Origin: Gammaproteobacteria bacterium
GTDB taxonomy: Bacteria > Pseudomonadota > Gammaproteobacteria > Pseudomonadales > JAUIET01
NCBI GenBank assembly: GCA_030431775.1
Contig: JAUIHW010000001.1
Location: 3,246-67,245, forward strand
DNA length: 64,000 nucleotides
Direction of reading: 5' to 3'
The notes below the pieces were generated by a model. That model ran no database searches. It was not told the DNA's origin and saw nothing but the letters and a program-made list of their open reading frames with translations. A program made the position numbers and the translations under genes. Position 1 is the stretch's first letter. Each line of letters begins with the position of its first letter. Positions 58,207 to 64,000 of this stretch are shown here, in pieces.

Positions 58207-59109
58207 TCAAATGACATAGAAGTTTGCGCAGCACTCTCGTTTTAGCGCTGCCTGTTCGTGTGCGCTGTACTGAGCAATCAATTCAAGATACGCCTGCCAC
58301 AATCGCTGGTAGTCGGTGTACAGCTTGTCGACCGGAAAGTTGGAACCCAGCATGCAGCGCTCCGGGCCGAAGGTGTCGATGACAGTTTCCACCACCGGGC
58401 GCAATGTCTCCACAGTCCAGTCGTGGTCGAACATCCCCAGCCCGGAAATCTTGCACACCGTACGCGGCAGGCTGGCCAAATCGCACAGGCCCTTGCGCCA
58501 CAGTGCCCAGCCCTCACGTTCGCGGTACCAGGGAGAGCCGGCGTGGCAGAGTGCCACTGGCAGTTCATCAACTTGCCGAAATACGCTGAAGGATTTTTGC
58601 ATCAGCTCCGGAATCAACTGCAAATCAAACCGCAAGCCCCGACCTTGCAACTCATGCAGGCCGCGCAACCAGGCTGGATTGTCCAGCAACTGTGCACTGC
58701 CGCTGTGGCGGTCTTCTTCCGGTGCGCGGCCGACAATCTGGCGTACACCGCGTAACGCGGGAAATTTCTCAAGCTGGTCCAGGCGATGACTGCGCTCCGC
58801 GCTTTCCAGCGCGCAGAAAGCAACCATCGCGCTGGGGAGTGGGGAGGTGTCTGCCATCTTCTGCACCCACTCGGCTTCGGCCAGGTGCTGGTCGTCAGCG
58901 GCACCCACTTGAATGTGCACACTTTTGCGAATCGGTAGCTCGCCGATGTCGTCTAACAGATCCTCTGGAAGGTAGTTCTTTTGAATCGGCGTAGGGTCGC
59001 CAAAAAAACGCTTGACGCCCCTGGCGGCTAACCAGGGGTAGTGTACGGCTTCCAGGTCCCAGAGATGGTGATGGGCGTCATAAATGCTTTCTGCGCCGCC
59101 GTCTTGCAT
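58207..59109 (-). CDS. Amidohydrolase_2 family (sugar-lactonase-like)
   Basis: DAHHHLWD, RGVRQ, CHAG.P, KISG and FGPERC.LGSNFPV. Confidence 0.85.
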   Translation of the reverse strand: MQDGGAESIYDAHHHLWDLEAVHYPWLAARGVKRFFGDPTPIQKNYLPEDLLDDIGELPIRKSVHIQVGAADDQHLAEAEWVQKMADTSPLPSAMVAFCALESAERSHRLDQLEKFPALRGVRQIVGRAPEEDRHSGSAQLLDNPAWLRGLHELQGRGLRFDLQLIPELMQKSFSVFRQVDELPVALCHAGSPWYREREGWALWRKGLCDLASLPRTVCKISGLGMFDHDWTVETLRPVVETVIDTFGPERCMLGSNFPVDKLYTDYQRLWQAYLELIAQYSAHEQAALKRECCANFYVI

Positions 59110-59111
59110 GC

Positions 59112-60170
59112 CTAGTCAGCTTCTGGGCGGGCGCGGTAAATTTCTGCGAGGATGGACAGCTCGTCAAACACCGTCCATTCTTCCACGATCTGACCGTCTA
59201 CAACATGATAGTGGCTTTCGGCCAGTATCAATACTTCGCTGCCTGTTGGTTCGCCCCACAGGGTCGGGCCAGTATGCAGGCCGCTGGCGGTCCAACGTAC
59301 CGCGACGTCCTTGCCACCGGCTTTGGCCGGTTGCTCGCAGCAGTAATCGGCGGAGAATCGCAGGTCTGACAGGGTACCAAGAAACTGGGTGTAGAACCGA
59401 ACAATGGCATCCTGACCTTCCAACTCGCGATTTGCAGAGGCGTGCAGCGTCGCGTTTGGCGCATACAACTGGTACACGTCACCCACCAGCCGGGCATTCC
59501 AGATGTTTTGCAGGCCGTTGCACACCTGCTCGCAAGCGCTACGGCTTGCAGCGCCCGGGTTACTGACTCGTGCCCGGTTTACCGTGTCGGCCAGGCGCTG
59601 TAATTCTTGCGCTTTCCAGTCCAGGAAACGGCTGTTGGGTGCTGTTTGTGCCTTCTTCCGCGCAAGTGCGAGCGGGTCAAAGCCGAGCTGTTCTGCCAGT
59701 GAGTAATTGTCACGGACCAGCCATTCCTCGATGACCTGGTTGTCTTTCACAACGCAGTGGGCGATTACCGCAATGGTGGCTTCCTTCGCGGTGGCCGGGC
59801 CAAAATCGGAGGGCCCAAGATTGGTCATGTGAGTTTTTATGCGATGCGAAGAATGAAAACCCTGTTGGTCATCGCCTCCCCAGATAATGTTGTCGGCGTG
59901 CAGCGTGCGGTCAGGAAACGCAGCCAGTGTGCTCAGGGTATTTTGTACGACCTCTTCAGCACCAATAGTGATGCCGGCCAGGGTGTACACCGGGCAGTAC
60001 GCAGAGTAGTAGTCATAACAGAGCCCAACCTGTTTACCTTCCCAAATGCGGTAAGTGATGCGCAGAATATAGTCGACAATATCAGTGAATTCAGGGTCAA
60101 AGCCCGCCATGCTGCCCTGGCCGTCCGTTGTAGGGGGCGCACTGTCGTAATGACTCTCTAATCTGTGCAT
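59112..60170 (-). CDS. Tandem SnoaL/NTF2-like protein (divergent subgroup)
   Basis: YILRIT.RIWE, AFPD, FGPAT, IEEWLVRD; second domain with VRW...G.H.G...GEPTG and VEEWTVFD. Confidence 0.8.
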   Translation of the reverse strand: MHRLESHYDSAPPTTDGQGSMAGFDPEFTDIVDYILRITYRIWEGKQVGLCYDYYSAYCPVYTLAGITIGAEEVVQNTLSTLAAFPDRTLHADNIIWGGDDQQGFHSSHRIKTHMTNLGPSDFGPATAKEATIAVIAHCVVKDNQVIEEWLVRDNYSLAEQLGFDPLALARKKAQTAPNSRFLDWKAQELQRLADTVNRARVSNPGAASRSACEQVCNGLQNIWNARLVGDVYQLYAPNATLHASANRELEGQDAIVRFYTQFLGTLSDLRFSADYCCEQPAKAGGKDVAVRWTASGLHTGPTLWGEPTGSEVLILAESHYHVVDGQIVEEWTVFDELSILAEIYRARPEAD

Positions 60171-60221
60171 AATTCTCTCGACGATAGGTGCTAAGCGCAG
60201 CAGAGCCGCCCGGCGGGAATC

Positions 60222-61259
60222 TTAAACGAAGCGGGCCGCCTCAGGATAGTCGCCACGGCGAACCACAATCACATCCGCTGGCTGTTGCGCACTGTTCCAG
60301 TAGCGGCGTTGCATGCCCACCGGGCAGGTGAACAGGTCACCCTTGCCCAGAGTGAAGTCACTCTCCGGTGTACTGACCTGCAACTCACCGGATTGTACGA
60401 TCAGAACTTCTTCTTCGGCGCGAGTATGGAACGGTATGTCGGCCTGGGCTTCCAGCAGCAGGCGCCGCACACAGAAGCGGTGAGGCCAGGCCATTTTACC
60501 GGCACCGATGCCTTCTGCCGGGTTGTCCTGCCCAATTACCGCGATTTCCGTCACACCCGGTAAGGAACTCAGGCCGCCACAGTGGCCGGACTGCAATTCG
60601 GCGGAGGTCATCACACACTGACCCATTTCTTCAACACTGAGCCGCTTGAACGTTGCCAGCTCTTCGGTGCTGCTGGGCTTGGCTTCCTCGCCGTCTTCAG
60701 GGATGGTTTGCCCCGCGGCGGTATCGATCAGCCGGCCGTCTTCCAGCAGTATCAGGCCGTGCTCTTTGGCGGCTGAAAACACATAGGGCGCCCAAATGAC
60801 ATGGCCGGCCGTGCCGTCGGCGTTTTGCCCGAGCACGCTGAACAGCATACCGTCGTCTGAGCCGACGTTTTCAAAGCCGCGGAACAAATGCATGGGCAGG
60901 GAAATGGTATCGCCGGCACGCAGAACCTGCTGGCCGTCTGTGCCATTTTCTCCCCAGGTGAACAACCATTCGCCTTTATGCACCACAAACACTTCTTCGG
61001 TGTTGTGGCTGTGGTGCGAGTTTTTGCAGCCTTTCGGTTGCCGTGCACCGCCGATGTCAAAGCCATGCGGAATGGTGATATGCACCACCTGGTCCGGGTT
61101 TTCGGCCACGCCGGCCCCGATCAGACAGAAGTTTTCCTTCTTGTCGCTGCCGGGGGTGCGGGCATCAATAAAGGCGGTTTTGCAGGGCTCCATTTCTGCA
61201 TAGCGGAGCACTCGCTCACGAATTGGCAGGTCTGGTGTGCTGTTAACTTGTGGCTGCAT
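60222..61259 (-). CDS. Bicupin protein
   Basis: SHHSHNTEEVF..HKG.W and a second cupin motif H.RAEEEVL.VQSG.L...GDLF..P. Confidence 0.8.
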   Translation of the reverse strand: MQPQVNSTPDLPIRERVLRYAEMEPCKTAFIDARTPGSDKKENFCLIGAGVAENPDQVVHITIPHGFDIGGARQPKGCKNSHHSHNTEEVFVVHKGEWLFTWGENGTDGQQVLRAGDTISLPMHLFRGFENVGSDDGMLFSVLGQNADGTAGHVIWAPYVFSAAKEHGLILLEDGRLIDTAAGQTIPEDGEEAKPSSTEELATFKRLSVEEMGQCVMTSAELQSGHCGGLSSLPGVTEIAVIGQDNPAEGIGAGKMAWPHRFCVRRLLLEAQADIPFHTRAEEEVLIVQSGELQVSTPESDFTLGKGDLFTCPVGMQRRYWNSAQQPADVIVVRRGDYPEAARFV

Positions 61260-61268
61260 AAGCGTGTA

Positions 61269-63521
61269 TCAAAACCGGTACTTGGCGCTAAGGCCCCAGG
61301 TTCGCGGGTTGTTCCAGTTAGTTTGTATGGAGGCGATATCAGGTGCTGCACCCGGATTAAAAACCACCGAGCGCGTCATCACTTCCTCCTCCCCGGCGTT
61401 CAATACAAAGGCTTCAACAGTTAAGGCCTCGTTCGCCGCTGCCCAGACCAGGCGTAAATCGGTTTGTACGTAAGCATCTTGCAAAGCGCCGTCAACATTG
61501 ATATCGAAACTGTAGTACTCATCAGAATACGCTAATTGCACAATCGGTGTCAGCGTGCTTCCGCCAGCCAGCGTAAAGTCGTAACTGGCCTGTACGCTTG
61601 CCGTCCATTCTGGTGACAAGGCGGGCGCCCAGCCCTTGAGGCTTAGCAACGGTGAGTCGCCACCCTGTCGGCCACCCAGGTCGCCCAGGCCTGCCACTCT
61701 GGAAATATTGTACTCGCCGAATTCAGCATCCATATAGGCCAGTGTTCCCTGGATTCGCCAACGCTCAGTGGGTAGCCAGGTCGCTTCCATCTCGACTCCG
61801 AAGGTGTCAACTTCGCCGCCACTTTCTGTGAATTCCGAAACCACTTCATTAAGCACAACAAAAGACTGTGCCTGCATGTCTTCGTACTGATTTAGATAAG
61901 TGGCAATATTGAATATCAGAGTATTGTCGGCCCACATGCTCTTATAGCCAAGCTCGTAAGCGGTGACCGTTTCAGGGTCATAGGTGAGCGGAATTCCATC
62001 TGCTATAAAGTTAATGCCACCCGCACGATAACCGGTAGAGGCTTGCAGATACAGCATGGAGTCTTCAGTTAGATCGTACTCTACGCCCGCTTTCCACAGC
62101 GTGTCATTCCAATCCCCTTTTTCTCCGGTGCCTGGCGCCGGCACTGGAGGAAAAACGCTCCAGTCGAGTTGGTTCTTTTTCTGTTTTTCATCTTCGGCAT
62201 AACGCAGGCCGCCAACCAGCCGCACACTGTCTGTCAGGCTATAGGTAGCGTGGGCGAATACTCCGAACGATTCTGACGTGTACTCGCCTACACGATCCCA
62301 ATGTGGAGTTGTGAATTGGCCATTGTCACGTTCCAGCCAACCCCATGTGCTTTCTTGTTCGTAGAAGTAGATACCGGCCAGCCAGTCCAGATTGCCATCA
62401 CCATTGGAAACCAGCTGTAATTCGGTTGACCAGGTGTCCTGGTCTGACTCCCAACCGGTGAAGCCATTGTTCAGCGGATCGCCACCGTCGGAGTAGTCGG
62501 AATCATAGTTTTGATCGCCCTCGAAATCGGTCAGGTTCCCCACAAACTTGAGTGTGGCGAAGCCCATGTCCCAGTTCGCATGCAAGGTATAGGAAAGGCT
62601 TTCATTGTTTGCATTCGACGGCAGGTTGCGACGAACCTCCCACGGACCATTATCAAAATTATCAGACGCGTCGGCAGGGGCCCACTGATGCCCGTCACGG
62701 TATGTGCCGTCAATATAGGCGCCAGTCTGCTGGTAACCCCAAATGGCCGAGCCCTTGTTCTTGCGGTCCATATACGCAATACGCAGGGTGATATCCATTG
62801 CGTCACTCGGCGCCCAGCGCGCGGTGGCTCGCAAGTAGGACAGGTCACGATCACGAAGGTCGTCCACTCCGGGGAATGAGTTCTCTATGTAACCGTCATG
62901 TTTATCCACCATACCCGCGACTCGAACGGCAAAGGTGTCACTGAGAGGCACGTTAACGGCACCTTCGAGCTTGGTTCGATCATAGTCGCCGTACAAGCCG
63001 CTGATGTAGCTGGAAACTTCTTCAAAGTCGGGCGCATTGGTGTGAATGTTCACGGTTCCACCAAAAGTGTTTCGGCCATACAAGGTGCCTTGAGGGCCAC
63101 GCAACACTTCTATTCGAGCCAGATCAACATACGAGCCCAATGCTTGGGTAGTTGTCGGTACATAGACGCCGTCTTCAAAGATACCGATAACCTGCTCGGC
63201 TTCGGTGCCCACGTTATTGGTTCTGGTGCCTCGGATCGCCAGGCGCACTTCATCACCCGATTGCCCGTAGCGCATACCCGGCACGAGATGTTCCAGCCGG
63301 GAAATATCCTCGATGCCGGCCCGGGCAAGGTCTGCCGCATTAAATGCACTGACTGACACAGACACGTCCTGGATGCTGACCGCGCGTTTAGTGGCTGTCA
63401 CTACGACTTCCTCTAACATGCGTGATTGGTCCTGCGCAACGGTAACAGAGCTGCTAACGGCCAATGCCAGTGACACAGCGGAAGACAGAGAGTTGCGACG
63501 GAATGAGGATTGGACAGTCAT
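61269..63521 (-). CDS. TonB-dependent receptor
   Basis: Signal peptide, TonB box LEEVVVTATKR, IEVLRGPQGTLYGRNT.GG plug and C-terminal PRTWG...YRF. Confidence 0.95.
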   Translation of the reverse strand: MTVQSSFRRNSLSSAVSLALAVSSSVTVAQDQSRMLEEVVVTATKRAVSIQDVSVSVSAFNAADLARAGIEDISRLEHLVPGMRYGQSGDEVRLAIRGTRTNNVGTEAEQVIGIFEDGVYVPTTTQALGSYVDLARIEVLRGPQGTLYGRNTFGGTVNIHTNAPDFEEVSSYISGLYGDYDRTKLEGAVNVPLSDTFAVRVAGMVDKHDGYIENSFPGVDDLRDRDLSYLRATARWAPSDAMDITLRIAYMDRKNKGSAIWGYQQTGAYIDGTYRDGHQWAPADASDNFDNGPWEVRRNLPSNANNESLSYTLHANWDMGFATLKFVGNLTDFEGDQNYDSDYSDGGDPLNNGFTGWESDQDTWSTELQLVSNGDGNLDWLAGIYFYEQESTWGWLERDNGQFTTPHWDRVGEYTSESFGVFAHATYSLTDSVRLVGGLRYAEDEKQKKNQLDWSVFPPVPAPGTGEKGDWNDTLWKAGVEYDLTEDSMLYLQASTGYRAGGINFIADGIPLTYDPETVTAYELGYKSMWADNTLIFNIATYLNQYEDMQAQSFVVLNEVVSEFTESGGEVDTFGVEMEATWLPTERWRIQGTLAYMDAEFGEYNISRVAGLGDLGGRQGGDSPLLSLKGWAPALSPEWTASVQASYDFTLAGGSTLTPIVQLAYSDEYYSFDINVDGALQDAYVQTDLRLVWAAANEALTVEAFVLNAGEEEVMTRSVVFNPGAAPDIASIQTNWNNPRTWGLSAKYRF

Positions 63522-63655
63522 AACGGGGCACCTTTTGTGTAAGTAGAAGTACGTTTTGCTTTTGCTAGTTGTCTGGAATTAAGGCCTGTTATTGTGCTTC
63601 CTGGCACTCAAAACGGCCATTTCCATGGCGGTTCATGACCCAATGGGGTGACTTT

Positions 63656-63702
63656 GTACTTCGAATGCAAAAACATGTCAAGCGATTTGTACTGCGAATT
63701 CA
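63656..63702. promoter_or_regulatory. Two putative LacI operators upstream of the TBDR operon
   Basis: GTACTTCGAATGCA (63656-63669) and a weaker GTACTGCGAATTCA (63689-63702). Confidence 0.6.
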
Positions 63703-63816
63703 ATTCATTGCCTGTAAGCCGATAAGTGGTCTTCCAATGTGCCCTTGCCCCAACTTGTGAGCAGCCGGCCATTCTGAAACAATCAGTGTTTTCCAGAACG
63801 CAAAAGGCCGGCGGAA

Positions 63817-64000
63817 GTGCCCTCAGAATTAGAAAATGCCTACACATTGCATCGGCAAAAAAGATTTGCCGAAGCGGAGAAAATCTATCGCCGACTACTT
63901 AAAAAAGATAAGAAAAACAGAGATATCAATAACTTGCTGGGGCTGCTCTGCCTTGAGACTGCGCGGCCCCGGGATGCTTGCGAGTTCCTGAAGCGCGCGC
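63817..64000 (+). CDS. TPR-repeat protein (3'-truncated by window edge)
   Basis: From the GTG: PSELENAYTLHRQKRFAEAEKIYRRLLKKD..N.D..NLLGLL..., a TPR pattern, open to the window end. It is not in the supplied ORF track. Confidence 0.65.
   Translation, partial: MPSELENAYTLHRQKRFAEAEKIYRRLLKKDKKNRDINNLLGLLCLETARPRDACEFLKRA

Noticed and set aside
48472-60170. Polyketide biosynthetic cluster suggested by SnoaL 'cyclases'
   Set aside because: No PKS, ACP or NRPS genes are present; importers and LacI control point to catabolism.
21643-64000. Integrase-type genomic island or prophage at tRNA-Glu
   Set aside because: No integrase or phage genes, and I found no duplicated tRNA 3' end by eye within the window.

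Overview
This window looks like a GC-rich gammaproteobacterial chromosome segment. The gene content resembles marine Halieaceae/Cellvibrionales, which is an inference. 1-21.5 kb is housekeeping: nadK, pepN, a MoxR/VWA/Bat operon, the large NAD-glutamate dehydrogenase and rlmKL. Directly after a tRNA-Glu(TTC) lies a HUH/Y1 RAYT-type transposase gene bracketed by a perfect 24-bp inverted repeat with stuttered outer ends. Extra direct copies of its 3' end enclose an apparently promoterless 452-aa gene, giving a cassette-like layout. 24-29 kb holds MAPEG, two GT4 glycosyltransferases and an M20 peptidase. 29-36.5 kb holds two surface lipoproteins with a shared Cys-rich N-terminal module and unrelated C-termini. 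They flank a NarL-type regulator and hybrid kinase, and both are preceded by the same palindrome. 37.8-43.3 kb holds a giant HYR/NHL/Ig protein ending in a dockerin-like domain, translationally coupled to a lipoprotein. 43.3-63.7 kb is an uncharacterised catabolic island: HisD/HpsN-like dehydrogenase, MetE-like Zn enzyme, SDR, HpcH aldolase, five SnoaL/NTF2-like proteins, bicupin, amidohydrolase, two lipoprotein alpha/beta-hydrolases, SSS symporter and TonB-dependent receptor. A LacI-type operator (TGMATTCGAAKKCA-like) recurs at its divergent promoters, and a hipBA module interrupts it. All calls come from reading motifs by eye; no database search was run.
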